Position numbers and translations under genes: made by a program
Source: a virus
Lineage: Duplodnaviria > Caudoviricetes
DNA: 59,335 bases
Virus record (IMG/VR): IMGVR_UViG_3300029268_000019
Span: 1 to 59,335 of that record
Strand: one strand, 5' to 3'
Shown here: positions 19,037 to 30,506 of the stretch, one piece after another
Layout: every line of letters begins with the position of its first letter
Position numbering within the stretch: position 1 is the first letter of the stretch
Notes under the pieces: model-generated
Told to the model about the DNA's origin: nothing
Seen by the model: only the letters and a program-made list of their open reading frames with translations
The model's database searches: none

Positions 19037-19599
19037 TCAATTTCTTCAATTGATGGATTTAAATCTTTAAGAACTTTATTTATTTCTTCACTTCTCATTA
19101 TTTTCTTAAATGAGTTGTCTTGATTTTGTAGATTTTGTAGAGTCCAGTCGTTTCCACCGTTAGTTGTATTATAAATATAATTCTTATTTTTATATTTTAT
19201 TTCTATTTTTTTATTGGTTAATAAATCATAAAAATTTTTCATATCAGAATTAACACTATATAATTCAATTGGTTTCCATTTATCGTTTTCTCTTAATTGA
19301 ATGAAAACATATTTGGGTTTTTCCAATTCACTTTGTTTATCTTTAAATATAAGGAAATACCTGACATTTAATGAATTCTTCAAAAATGTTTCATATTCTT
19401 TTGTACTTTCCAATTCTCCTTTTTTGAATTCTTTTAATTTGTCATTAAAAGTCTTATCATCATATAAATCTTCAATATATTTGAAATCATCGGTATTTAC
19501 ACCAAAGATATTAGATTCCTTCTTTTTTGCACCGATACTGTCCAATAATGTTTTATCGTTGATAATTTTTTCAAATAAGAATTGGCTGTAATTATTCAT
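19033..19599 (-). CDS. Hypothetical protein with capsid-targeting-like N-terminus
   Basis: Starts MNNYSQFLFE. Confidence 0.55.
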   Translation of the reverse strand: MNNYSQFLFEKIINDKTLLDSIGAKKKESNIFGVNTDDFKYIEDLYDDKTFNDKLKEFKKGELESTKEYETFLKNSLNVRYFLIFKDKQSELEKPKYVFIQLRENDKWKPIELYSVNSDMKNFYDLLTNKKIEIKYKNKNYIYNTTNGGNDWTLQNLQNQDNSFKKIMRSEEINKVLKDLNPSIEEID

Positions 19600-19942
19600 T
19601 ATTTAAATTCAATATTTTTTCAACTTCTTCTAATGCCTCTATTAGACCTGCAACACTCCAATTTTGTCCAAAATCAATAGAAATCTCATCAGACATTCTA
19701 CCATTGCCACCAAAACCTTCTTTACCTAAAAGAGTACCAACATACCATTGTCCCGGTGTTCCACGCCATTCAGAAAGTAATTGTTCTACTTTCAATACAG
19801 ATTTTAATGGATTTTCAGTATTAACTTTTAAAACCCATCTGTAATCGTATTTTGAATTTTCCGCATAACAAATTGAATCTAAAACAATTTTTTGAGTTTC
19901 ATTTTCATTTAAGAAATCGTTATAATTTGATATATGTTTCAT
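19592..19942 (-). CDS. Hypothetical protein with capsid-targeting-like N-terminus
   Basis: Starts MKHISNYNDFLNE. Confidence 0.55.
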   Translation of the reverse strand: MKHISNYNDFLNENETQKIVLDSICYAENSKYDYRWVLKVNTENPLKSVLKVEQLLSEWRGTPGQWYVGTLLGKEGFGGNGRMSDEISIDFGQNWSVAGLIEALEEVEKILNLNNE

Positions 19943-20028
19943 TTTAGTAACTTTATTTTATCCTATATATAATTTTTTTGTTTTAAGAAATATTCATACC
20001 TTTGTATTGTCAAACTAAAAAAACCAAA

Positions 20029-20448
20029 ATGGAAAAATTAACATTGAATTGTCAGCACGATTACATCACCCTTAAAACCCCGAATGGTAACTATACAACA
20101 AGTTGGAATGGTGCCAAAGCAAGTGGTAAAATGGGTTATCATCCTACAGCTTTCCGTAATATTGACAGGTATGTAGAAACGGAAAGGAAAACAAGGAAAC
20201 TTATTGATGTAATGACATCGTTAACAGATCCCAAAATTCTTTCAACCCTTTGGGCTGAATGGGATGAAAAAGTTGAACAGAATATGTTTCTTCCGACTGA
20301 TAAGGTTGTTTTCACTCAACCTTTCTTTATCAAAAGATACCCCAAAGGTGGTGTTGTAACAAAAGTTGCAAGGAAAAACGTTTACATTCGTCTTTCTGAT
20401 ACGAATGAAGTAATTGGTTTTGATTTTCAGGTTTTAAAAAAGATTTAA
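20029..20448 (+). CDS. Hypothetical early protein with SH3/KOW-like C-terminus
   Basis: ATG after promoter 19997; DKVVF...GVVTKVARKNVYIR. Confidence 0.5.
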   Translation: MEKLTLNCQHDYITLKTPNGNYTTSWNGAKASGKMGYHPTAFRNIDRYVETERKTRKLIDVMTSLTDPKILSTLWAEWDEKVEQNMFLPTDKVVFTQPFFIKRYPKGGVVTKVARKNVYIRLSDTNEVIGFDFQVLKKI

Positions 20449-20615
20449 TGGAAGATGTAAGAGAATTAATCGAAATAAGAAATAGATTGGAAAACAAAAT
20501 TAACAACTATTTCAAAGGTGGACAAGTGTATACTGGTGATGAAGGATATCAGGATTTACTTGTTAGAGTTGAAGAATTGAATGAAGAAATTGAAGAATTA
20601 GCCAATAAGAAGTAA
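20448..20615 (+). CDS. Small coiled-coil protein (55 aa)
   Basis: TAATG overlap with upstream gene. Confidence 0.45.
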   Translation: MEDVRELIEIRNRLENKINNYFKGGQVYTGDEGYQDLLVRVEELNEEIEELANKK

Positions 20616-21392
20616 TTCTATTTCTTGGTGACAACTGTGGTTGTCTATTCCCCTAATGTTATCCATTGATATTAATTTCCCAGCTAAGAATTGTTCATTC
20701 AAATAATTAGCTGGGATATTTCCATGAACATTATTATTGTAATTCTGAACCTTGTTCACCGGAATATTAATTATTCGTGACTTTTCATAACAAATCATAT
20801 TTGGAATCGGGATGGGTTGCATCGCCATCTGACTTTCCAAATCATTTGGTCCGTTATATCTATGGTTTAAAAAATAGTATTGGATGTTTCTGGTTTCAAA
20901 TATGTGACCATCTAATGACATTGGGTAGCCAAAGTCACCGGGTTTGCCAAACCAATTAAAAACAACATCCTTATCCATTGGTGGTGATACTTGTTTTAAT
21001 CTCGCAGGATAACAATAATTCAATCTTGGATGTAATCTCAAAGATAAAGCTAAAATATCTTTTCTTTCGGTAAATATTTTGAATTGTTTATCTTCCAATG
21101 AAAAAGGTTCTTTAAAAACATTATCATCAACAAAGAAAACGCTATATTTATCTTTAAAATCAATTATACTAATCAATGATTTTTGGAAATTTTGAACTTC
21201 CTGTATCCATTGAATATTTGAATCATTATGAATTGAAATTACTTTTCTGTATCCTTTTTCAAATTCATAATTGGAACTTTTGTATAATATTTTAATTTGA
21301 TGATCATTAAATTCCTTGAAAAATTCTTTCATTGAACGAATGAATAATTCCAACTGACAAGCTCTATCTTTACTAAAAACAATTATATTCAT
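20598..21392 (-). CDS. GT-A fold glycosyltransferase
   Basis: IIVFSKDRACQL, VFFVDDNVF, YPMSLDGHIF. Confidence 0.65.
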   Translation of the reverse strand: MNIIVFSKDRACQLELFIRSMKEFFKEFNDHQIKILYKSSNYEFEKGYRKVISIHNDSNIQWIQEVQNFQKSLISIIDFKDKYSVFFVDDNVFKEPFSLEDKQFKIFTERKDILALSLRLHPRLNYCYPARLKQVSPPMDKDVVFNWFGKPGDFGYPMSLDGHIFETRNIQYYFLNHRYNGPNDLESQMAMQPIPIPNMICYEKSRIINIPVNKVQNYNNNVHGNIPANYLNEQFLAGKLISMDNIRGIDNHSCHQEIELLLIG

Positions 21393-21395
21393 AAC

Positions 21396-21821
21396 TTATG
21401 GGGTTCCGTCTAAAATTCCAGTAAAACAATTTTTTCCTGATGTTCCAGAAGTAACCAGAACATTCCAATCTTCAGTTATTTTACGATTATAGAAATCGTG
21501 AATCCAAAATTCAAAATCTGATTTTTCATCAGTTAAAAATCTGATTTTCTTACCTTTTGAATCTGCGTATTCGATTTCACTTCTGGTGGAACTACCTATA
21601 TATCCACCCACATTAATAACAAATATTTCATCAGCTAAATCAATTTTAGCTTTATGAATTTCATCTAATAAAATCTTATCTTCTGGTAAAATAGGTTCAT
21701 TATCAACTTGACCAAACAAACCAACTGATATTACAACATTTCCTTGAAGTGTCAACCATTTATTAACATTCAAAAAAAATTCTTTAAACTTTGTGCTTCC
21801 ACATAATGTAATTACTTTCAA
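21396..21821 (-). CDS. Nucleoside 2-deoxyribosyltransferase-like protein
   Basis: ITLCGS...KIDLADEIFVINVGGYIGSSTRSEIEYA. Confidence 0.6.
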   Translation of the reverse strand: MKVITLCGSTKFKEFFLNVNKWLTLQGNVVISVGLFGQVDNEPILPEDKILLDEIHKAKIDLADEIFVINVGGYIGSSTRSEIEYADSKGKKIRFLTDEKSDFEFWIHDFYNRKITEDWNVLVTSGTSGKNCFTGILDGTP

Positions 21822-24800
21822 TCATTCCGGATTATTTTTTAATAATTCATAAGGTGTATTAAAATCGGAATTCATCAATTTATCGGTTATGTAAAATTCT
21901 ATTGTATTAATCATCATACCAACACAAAAAGGACCATCAACAAATTCAGAATAAAAAGTACCCTTAATTTCACTTTTTTCATTTACATCATGAAATTTTT
22001 TATACGATTCTCCAGATTCTTCTTTATCACAAATAAATGTTCTGATTAAAATTAAAGGATATCCTGTTTTAATAATACTTTCTTTATTCTTTTTATTAAA
22101 ACCAATCCAAAACCAATGTCCCAGTTCTTTGAAATTATCTCTTTCGTATATTTTCATTTCCATAACACTTTTATATTAAAAATCGAGTAAAGTTTTATAT
22201 TCTTCTTCTGTTAAAAACCCATCATTAAACCCATCTTTTAATGTCTTTTCGTATTCCACCAAAATTTCATCTGTATTCATTTCTTTTAAAATTTTACCAC
22301 AATTTTTTGATAAAAATATTCTCTTATCCCAATATATTGATGGTTTTATTTTATTAATACCCAAAGATAATAAGATTCTTGAACGTAATGTAACATTATA
22401 AACTGTCAATTCTTTTCCGAATTCTATTTTATCCTTACTTCTTATTACAATTTGAAATGTTACACTTTTAATTTTTCCATTATTGTCATGGGTATTTAAA
22501 ATCCAGTATTCATTTAGTTCCCTATCATAGAAAACATCATCCATATAAGATGAATCATAAATATCTTTATATGATATGAAATTATTTTTCATATACATCA
22601 ATATTACCACAAACAGGACGTTTCCAATTGTGTTTTTTACAAATTTCATTTTTCATTCTACCATTAATTTATATTCATCGAACCAATATTTCAAAAATTT
22701 AACATCTAATTCTCTATATCCCTTAAAACCATCCACACTGGTTTTCACTTTACCTCTTTTAACTTTAACGATTTTATATTTGTTACCCATCGTATTTATG
22801 AACATTTTTACATCATCGAATTCAGCTCTAAATATTATGTATTTAGATTTTTTCAATGTATCCGTAAATTCTTCAAATGTCACTCTTTCTTTACTTATCA
22901 TTAAAATCAAACTCCAATAATCCCATTATTTTTTCCAGATCCTCGTTATTTTTCAAAATACCTCTAAATATACATTGTCTGTCTTGATTATCTTCCTCAA
23001 ATATTTCAACATCTTCACCACGAACACTCATTTCGATATAAAAACTATCATCTGTCAAATTAAATTTTTTGTGAATATAATTTATATTGTGTTCACCATA
23101 CCAAGTAGATTTGACCCAACCTTTCGATGTGATAAATTTTTCACTCAAAGGCATATATTTTTCATAATTTATTTCGTTCATATCAATCTGTATAAGCTTC
23201 TGTTACATCATATTCCCAAGTCCTGTCTGCAATTTTTTTAAATGTTTTACATATCGGACTAGCCCAATTCGGTGGATCTTTTCTATAAGATTTGTGTAAA
23301 AATTGACAAAAATCCCATATAACATTTTCCGCCCAATCGTTTTCACAATTGTTTTTAATTATATAGTGATATCTGGAATCACCATATCTACCTTGTTGTC
23401 CCACATGAAGTGTTTCCACTTCAAAGTTATATATTTTCTTATTTTCCATAATTTAATCCCACCATATTCTTAAAAGGTTTCTATCGACTTCTGTAAATTC
23501 ATCTGGTTTAGATTGTGCAATAAACAAGAATATTTCTATCAAATTTCTTTTGTTTACCCCATTTATATCTATCCAAACTTCACATCTATCATCAGTATCT
23601 TCTTCAACAAATACCTTTGCACCCATATCGATTAATTTGTGTAACCATTCCAATGCATCTATGTTAGATAAATAATTACTACGAAATTCAACACCGTAAC
23701 CGTATTCATCTTCTATTTTTTCTAATTCTTCAATTAGAATCAAGTTACTTCTATCAAATTTTTTCATATATTATGCATATTATCAAAATCGGAAAATATA
23801 TAACTTTTTGGAATATCCGGCGTTATTAGGAAAATTTCATCAGCTAACCAAACATTATACGGACTATGTTCCTTTTTTCTCAAACCACGAACATAACAAG
23901 GTAGAATGTGTTTATTTTTCACATTTTTGAATTTCTTCAAATATTCCACACTTTCTTTATGACTTGGGATAACATGAAATCCAGAAAGGTATTTTGTACT
24001 TCTTTCTGTTGTCCCATCAGTAACCATTTTCTTTTCAGCGACATACCAATTACCAAAATGTAATTCACGAGATCCATTCAACCCATGAAAAAGGGTTTTT
24101 ATTTTGTATTTCTCTATGTCAACTATTTTAAACCAAACTACTTCTTTCATTGTGAAATAACATTATATGTATTAATAAAAATTTTCCTTTTTACGATCCA
24201 AACATCAGACTTATCATCTCTATTTTGACAAATAAAATCACCAATATCAGCTCTTTGAATCTGTCCTTCGGATGTTTGTTCACCCCACTGTCCAATGATA
24301 TAAAATTCATTATCGGATTCTACAAATGTATGAACATCATTCATTTCAATCAGTCTGGTTATTTCAATACAATTTACAGAATTATCTGGTCTTGGTTCAA
24401 ACACCATCCAACCATCTTTATCGATTTCGATCAACTGATATTTAGCTAAAAGTTTCTTTGGCATTTGTTGCCAAACATCATTACTTTCCCCGATACAGAG
24501 GACAGCACCATCACCCAATGGTTCTTTACCCTCTAATGTATCAATAAGGAATTTACTGGTTACAGATCTATCAACCATTACAGAAAACAATGGTTTTGCT
24601 TTAATATTTTTTGTTTTCTTTGCAACTTTCCAGTTGGTAATTTCTTCTACCTTTATTCTTTTCATAATATTGTTAAATTATTTTGTTTAATTACTCTTTT
24701 AATTTCTTCATTATTAAGAAGTTCCCACCTGTCAATAACAACAGGTAAATCTTTAAGGGTTTCTAAAATGGTTAACATTTTTTCTTGATCTTTAGCTCTG

Positions 24801-25438
24801 AACAAAGTAACTTTAGATTTGTCAAATTTATATTCAACAAACATTGAATCAATGACAACTATCATCGGGACTTTTAAATGTTCGATTAAAAATTGAACTT
24901 TTTCACTTTTCATAATATGTTTATTTGGTTGTTTCAATTCTATTGTTACATCCTTTTTTCATATCCTTTGGTAAATCTTTCATTTGCCATTCATCCAACC
25001 ATAAAACTTTACCACATTTTTTACACACCCAACCAGTTAAGTGTTGTTTCTTAATAATTGTTTCGTTATTTAACGAATGTTTTTCTGTAATTTCAACATC
25101 ATCGATTACTGGTTTTTCCATATCGAAATCGTGATTGTTACTTCCGAATAAATTCATAATATTAATTTTTAAATTGTGTAATTCTTACGTGTTTCTTTTA
25201 TTTGTTTTTTAGTTAGATCAGAAACTATTTCAAAATAATTTGAAAATTCATTAAAATTCATAAAAGTTTTATAACTATAATTCCTTTCATCCATAACAAA
25301 TATCCAAGAATGATATTCATCCGGTTTTACAAAATATTCAACTCTATAAAAATTATTTAATTTCCAATCTCTATTGTTTGAACTAAATTTATCATCAATA
25401 CATTTACAATAAAATTCTTTTTTCTTTCCTGTTATCAT
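21822..25438 (-). other. Cluster of about 11 small co-oriented hypothetical genes
   Basis: Abutting minus-strand ORFs of 78-172 aa, typical phage accessory region. Confidence 0.6.
24147..24665 (-). CDS. PGDYG-like protein
   Basis: IDTLEG...GDGAVL and ADIGDFIC...DVWIVKRKIFINTY duplicated module. Confidence 0.45.
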   Translation of the reverse strand: MKRIKVEEITNWKVAKKTKNIKAKPLFSVMVDRSVTSKFLIDTLEGKEPLGDGAVLCIGESNDVWQQMPKKLLAKYQLIEIDKDGWMVFEPRPDNSVNCIEITRLIEMNDVHTFVESDNEFYIIGQWGEQTSEGQIQRADIGDFICQNRDDKSDVWIVKRKIFINTYNVISQ

Positions 25439-26433
25439 AATAAATATTTTTTAACTGTATCTGGATCTAATTTCATTAAATTTCTAATAGCTGAACTACT
25501 GATGTGCTCATATTGTTTATCACAAAATATGTTTATTATTTTAATATCTGGTTTCATATCCTGTAAATATTGAAATTGTGTCATTTCATATTGTAAATCT
25601 GTTGAATTACGGAGTCCTCTAATAAGAGTGGTGTCGTAACCCAATTTTTCCATGAACGTTGTAAGGAACCCATCAAAATGTTCAATTTGATGATATTTTA
25701 ATATTCTTGGTAATTCGTATTCGTTTTTGGATTTTTCGGGATTTGTTCCTCTAGCAATAATAACTTTGTCGAATATTTTTTCGGCTTTTTCAAGAATATT
25801 ATAGTGACCTTTGTGAAAAGGTCCAAAAGTTCCGGCATAAACACCGATATTTGGTGTCCAATTCAAAATGTATTCAATAACATATTTTACATTTTTATTT
25901 ATATCAATGTATTGATTAAGAAATTCTATTATCTTAACTTTCCATTTTAAAACATCTGTGAATTGTTGTTCTTTAAATAACAATTTTGTATTTCTTAATA
26001 TTTCGGTAAAACTACCATAATACAAATTATATCTGTCATATTCCTTAATAAATTTTCCAGAAAGGGGTGATTGTGGTCCATTTTGGGTATCCATAATACA
26101 ACAACAAACATCTTCAAAACAATTTCTAACCATTTTATTCATGTAATAACCAACGGAATTACTTTCATTGGTGTTAAAATATGGTCTTTCTGGATTATAA
26201 ATTAAATTAGGTTCGTAAATTATATCATGGAATATAATAGTAAGAAATAATTTATCATCATCCCATTCATCATTTTGTATTAATCTTTCGATAAGTTCGT
26301 TTAAATGATTCATTCCATGATAAAAACGATGGGGTTCACTCCATCTTTTGAAAATATCATCAACATCATCATTCGAATTAATTCCTAAACTTATAAGTCT
26401 ATTTCTGATTTTATTCTTTACTTCGTCTGTCAT
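25435..26433 (-). CDS. coaD: HD-domain / phosphopantetheine adenylyltransferase fusion
   Basis: EPHRFYH...FHDIIY; then YAGTFGPFHKGH, LIRGLRNSTDLQYE, HISSSAIR. Confidence 0.8.
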   Translation of the reverse strand: MTDEVKNKIRNRLISLGINSNDDVDDIFKRWSEPHRFYHGMNHLNELIERLIQNDEWDDDKLFLTIIFHDIIYEPNLIYNPERPYFNTNESNSVGYYMNKMVRNCFEDVCCCIMDTQNGPQSPLSGKFIKEYDRYNLYYGSFTEILRNTKLLFKEQQFTDVLKWKVKIIEFLNQYIDINKNVKYVIEYILNWTPNIGVYAGTFGPFHKGHYNILEKAEKIFDKVIIARGTNPEKSKNEYELPRILKYHQIEHFDGFLTTFMEKLGYDTTLIRGLRNSTDLQYEMTQFQYLQDMKPDIKIINIFCDKQYEHISSSAIRNLMKLDPDTVKKYLL

Positions 26434-27363
26434 AAATTAACGAGTTTATCATCAACAACATCATTTTGTTCACTATCTCTTAATTCTTCAACCAATATAA
26501 CTTTTCTACTTGGGCAATCTGCTGAATGGTGTCTTTCTTGTACTATGTAAGATATTCCTTCGTTGTGAATTACATCACCAACAAATGGAACTGTAAAATC
26601 ATGATACCTAGCTACTTCTTCACCATCATAAATTTCATTTCTGACATCATTTCCATCCTTATCCTTATGTGTCATTTGTTTGATATCAATCAAAATTATT
26701 TCATAATTCCTATTAAACATATTTACTTTTCATTTTTTTCAAAATCGAATGTTTCAATTCCGTTTTCAATGGATGATTGTTTTATTGACAATAAAAGATT
26801 ATCACCAAAATCATTTGATGAACCAAAAAATCTGGAGATTATTTCTGATTCTTTTTCTGTAATTCTTTCAAAGGATATTTCTTGAAGTAAGTCTTTTCCA
26901 TTTTCGTAATCAACAGTTTCATTAAACCCAATATCAACCGATATAGTATAATTGAATTTTCTCAAAAAACATTTCATATATGTTACAAAATTCTGTTCCA
27001 TTATAACAAAACCATCAACATCTATTTCGTCGTTCCAGTTTCCAGAATATAACATTAATACTTTCATAACGAACTATTAATTTGAGGAAAGTAAAGTTGG
27101 AAAGTGATTGTTTCTCTATCAACAATTTTGTAAAAAACATTTCCCCACCCTTCTTCCAAATATCTACGTTTAACTTCATTCAAAACCACTGGGTTATAAT
27201 CATAATTTCTTATAGATATAATAATAAAGGTAGAACCAGATGTGTGATCGTATTCTTTCAATGAAATTTTTTTCATTAAATCATCTAACAACGTGTTTAA
27301 TTGATTACTATAAAGATCTTCAATCACACTAACTGGTCCTATCGGTTTTCTAACATCATCCAT
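26430..27363 (-). other. Three small hypothetical genes (26430-26720, 26723-27067, 27064-27363)
   Basis: Abutting ORFs. Confidence 0.55.
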
Positions 27364-27429
27364 ATATCTATATAGTTTTTTCTAAAAGGTATAAAACTTA
27401 ATATAGTAAATGTTTATTAAATAAAAAAA

Positions 27430-28287
27430 TTAATCATTCATCAATTCAAATGGTCTTTTAACTTTTTTCTTTACCAAAGACCTACCTTTTTTGATTTGTG
27501 ACTTGATAGTTGATAGATTTGTGGTTGTTACATAGACAATGTGACAAGAACTACTTGAAATTACATCAAATTCATCCTGTGGCAAACGTTCCCACTTTAT
27601 ATCTTGTCTGACTATGGTTAATTCACAACCCGGTTCCACAACTCTTATAAACTCATCTTTCTTATTTGAAGATACAAATTTAACTTCAACGTTTCCAGAA
27701 CCAATATTTTCAATATACAAAGAGAAAAAGTCTTCGGGTGTTGTCAATTTGGTTTTATCTCCATTCATAAGAGATGATTTCGTAGTTTTACGAATAGAAT
27801 CAGCTATATCCTTGTAATGCATTTTTTCAACTTCCCTCATTAACATTACAGTTCTATATTTGGAAGGTAGAGTATGTATTGTATTTTTAATGATTTCACA
27901 TTTCCTTACATTTTCATCGTGAATCTCATTTTCTTTATCACCAGTATCATATTCAATAATATTTATAATACCCGGTGTGTCATCAATTTCTGCATCAATT
28001 GATACAGAATCAATTCTCATTGAATCCTTATAATCTTTGATTACCAAATTTTTTGCTATTTGTGTTAACCATGTAATTAATTGTGATTTTTCAGAATCGT
28101 ACGTGTCAATTTTTTCTAAACCCTGTATAAAAGCTCTATGTGAATATTCTTCCGCTTTTTCTACATTCTTAGTCATCCTACTAGCTAAATACCAAGTTAA
28201 TTTTGGCATGAATTCTTTATAACATCTGTTAAAATCCATGCCTGTTCTTTCCTTAAATTTAATTTCTAATAGATTTTCGTTCCTCAT
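27430..28287 (-). CDS. ECF-type sigma70 factor with insertion in region 4
   Basis: Region 2 AEE...AFIQGLEKIDTYD...ITWLTQIAKN; region 4 LPSKYRTVMLMREVEKMHYKDIA...STIKSQIKKGR. Confidence 0.85.
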   Translation of the reverse strand: MRNENLLEIKFKERTGMDFNRCYKEFMPKLTWYLASRMTKNVEKAEEYSHRAFIQGLEKIDTYDSEKSQLITWLTQIAKNLVIKDYKDSMRIDSVSIDAEIDDTPGIINIIEYDTGDKENEIHDENVRKCEIIKNTIHTLPSKYRTVMLMREVEKMHYKDIADSIRKTTKSSLMNGDKTKLTTPEDFFSLYIENIGSGNVEVKFVSSNKKDEFIRVVEPGCELTIVRQDIKWERLPQDEFDVISSSSCHIVYVTTTNLSTIKSQIKKGRSLVKKKVKRPFELMND

Positions 28288-28305
28288 AAATTTCCCTTTC
28301 TTTTG

Positions 28306-28488
28306 TTATTTTTTATTTTTCTTCACTTCATCTTTATAAGATTCGTAAAGTTCAATTGTATCATTAGCCACCGTTTTATAATCACCCTTTCCCAATTGTA
28401 TCCATTCACCATTTATACATTTCTTATATGAATTATCTGAAACCCAATCAACAAATTTTATCATATTCGGTAATGATATATTTTCCAT
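28306..28488 (-). CDS. Small hypothetical protein
   Basis: 60 aa ORF upstream of sigma gene. Confidence 0.45.
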   Translation of the reverse strand: MENISLPNMIKFVDWVSDNSYKKCINGEWIQLGKGDYKTVANDTIELYESYKDEVKKNKK

Positions 28489-28599
28489 ATTAATTTATTT
28501 TTTCAATCATTTAATTATAATATAATAAAAATTTTTGACATAACAAAATTTATCTGTAAAGATTTTTAATATATATCATCAAATATCATCAATCTATAC

Positions 28600-29151
28600 A
28601 TGAATAAAATTGACAAATTCAAAGAATTTAAAAAGAAGTATCAATATATTTCCAAACATAATAAATTTGTAAAAAAATGTGGATTTGATTCAACCATTTT
28701 AGATATTAAAGTGATACCGATTGTAACGATATATAAGTTTTTTAAAAATCTCATCGTTAGAGATAATACACAATTAAGTGATGATAACCTTATTTTATTA
28801 ATCATTTATATTTTAGCTGACAAGTTTAAATTAGACTTTAAAAAGACAAATTTGTTACATGACAATCTGGAACACGAAATTCCAAACTTTAAAATTCTCA
28901 AAAAGAGATTTTCTCTGTCACTTGACAATTTGTTGATTATAAGTAATATAGTATATAAGGATATTGATGTTATTAATAATTTCGATAAATTTTTGAATTT
29001 AGTTGATATATATAAAATCATAGACGGTGTAAATTTATTCTCAACAGAGCACAATATTGGTCTTAAAGAGTTTTCATTTATTATATACAATAAAAAAGAA
29101 AATGTTTTAAAAAATATTATTAAATATTTAAAAATAAATAATTATCAATGA
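28600..29151 (+). CDS. Hypothetical late protein
   Basis: Late promoter 28566-28575. Confidence 0.55.
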   Translation: MNKIDKFKEFKKKYQYISKHNKFVKKCGFDSTILDIKVIPIVTIYKFFKNLIVRDNTQLSDDNLILLIIYILADKFKLDFKKTNLLHDNLEHEIPNFKILKKRFSLSLDNLLIISNIVYKDIDVINNFDKFLNLVDIYKIIDGVNLFSTEHNIGLKEFSFIIYNKKENVLKNIIKYLKINNYQ

Positions 29152-30392
29152 AATATTTAATGACATTTGAAGCATTAATTGGTAATAAATATTTTCTTAA
29201 TTCCAGAAATAATTTAATTGGATTAGATTTCAATGAAATGAGAAAAAATGTTTCTAATAGACATATAATATATGGTGGAGATTGGAATTATGAAAACGGC
29301 TATTTATTTAGAATCTATAATAAATTATCAAGTAGAAAAAGTGGAAAATTAGATATAATTTCCCCTGATACTAATTATATTTATCAAATAACAAAACCTT
29401 TAAATATTTTTAAATTCGATAAATACCATTTTAAAAAGCTATCAGAAAAATGTCCAGATTGGATACAAAAAGTTAAAAAATATTTTGATTTAAAAGATGA
29501 AAATATTGATGATTTAATTGATAATTTGATAAACTATATTTATAAATTAGATAATTATGGTAGTGTGAATCAAAATTCATTTTTTGAATCATTGGTTATG
29601 GATGAAAACGATATGGATATTTTTGCAAAAACATACGATGGAATAGAAATACCTAAATATTATAAAAAAGAAAAATATGATTCGGAAGTTTATGTTTTCT
29701 ATCACGTTTTAAAAGATTTGAAAATAATAGGTGGAACAGAAAAATTATTAGCTAGAAAATCCGATGTTGATATCGAAATACCAAATTATGTTATAGAAGA
29801 ATTGATTAGATATACAAATGATGCTGGTAAGAAAATAAACCCATATGTTAAAAAATGGTTGAAAGAAAATGCACCAAAACCACCAATCGGAACAAGATTA
29901 TATAGATCTTTCAAATTAGATTTAAGTGATTGGGGATCATATGATAAAGATAAAACTTGGGGAAAAGATAAAAAACCAACTGACGCTTTGGTTCATTATC
30001 CTGAAAAATTGAAAAAATATCTATTCCGTTTAACCGGTTTAAAAGAATTAACTGACTTTAAAAGATTCGGTGAAATTATTGTCAAAAGAGGAAAAGAAAG
30101 TAGTTGGACTTACAACGCACAAGTTTCTAAACCTTTCGCAGAATATATGGCATCATCATCAATTAATGTTTTAGTAAAATACGACACGAAACAAGATGAT
30201 GTTGTGATTGATTTTACTCTGATACCGGAAAAATATAAAAAGGATTTTAAATATAAAAATCAAAATGAAGTAATTCTGGAAACTAGTTCATACAAGGGAA
30301 CTATCCAAGAAATATGGTTGGATGATAAATTTATAGAATGGTTAAAAGAAAATGGATATAAATTTAATAATAGAATAGGGATATACAAATGA
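29148..30392 (+). CDS. ADP-ribosyltransferase-like protein (R-S-QxE) with capsid-targeting-like N-terminus
   Basis: MKYLMTFE; RLYRS...ESSWTYNAQVSKPFA...NQNEVIL. Confidence 0.65.
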   Translation: MKYLMTFEALIGNKYFLNSRNNLIGLDFNEMRKNVSNRHIIYGGDWNYENGYLFRIYNKLSSRKSGKLDIISPDTNYIYQITKPLNIFKFDKYHFKKLSEKCPDWIQKVKKYFDLKDENIDDLIDNLINYIYKLDNYGSVNQNSFFESLVMDENDMDIFAKTYDGIEIPKYYKKEKYDSEVYVFYHVLKDLKIIGGTEKLLARKSDVDIEIPNYVIEELIRYTNDAGKKINPYVKKWLKENAPKPPIGTRLYRSFKLDLSDWGSYDKDKTWGKDKKPTDALVHYPEKLKKYLFRLTGLKELTDFKRFGEIIVKRGKESSWTYNAQVSKPFAEYMASSSINVLVKYDTKQDDVVIDFTLIPEKYKKDFKYKNQNEVILETSSYKGTIQEIWLDDKFIEWLKENGYKFNNRIGIYK

Positions 30393-30487
30393 TAACAAAT
30401 TTCAAAATATTTGAGAATAATAATCAACTTATTCTATTTAGAGGAGTTGGTAATAATATAAATCAAATAGATAAAGAAAAGGGGTGA
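30389..30487 (+). pseudogene. Truncated ART-like gene (32 aa)
   Basis: MITNFKIFENNNQLILFRGVG then runs into a terminator. Confidence 0.5.
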
Positions 30488-30506
30488 CAAGTTGTCACCT
30501 TTTTTT
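30477..30506. terminator. Bidirectional terminator
   Basis: GGTGACAA-g-TTGTCACC flanked by A and T runs. Confidence 0.8.

Noticed and set aside
27523-27792. Intein in the sigma factor
   Set aside because: No block A/B or terminal HN/SN-nucleophile motifs
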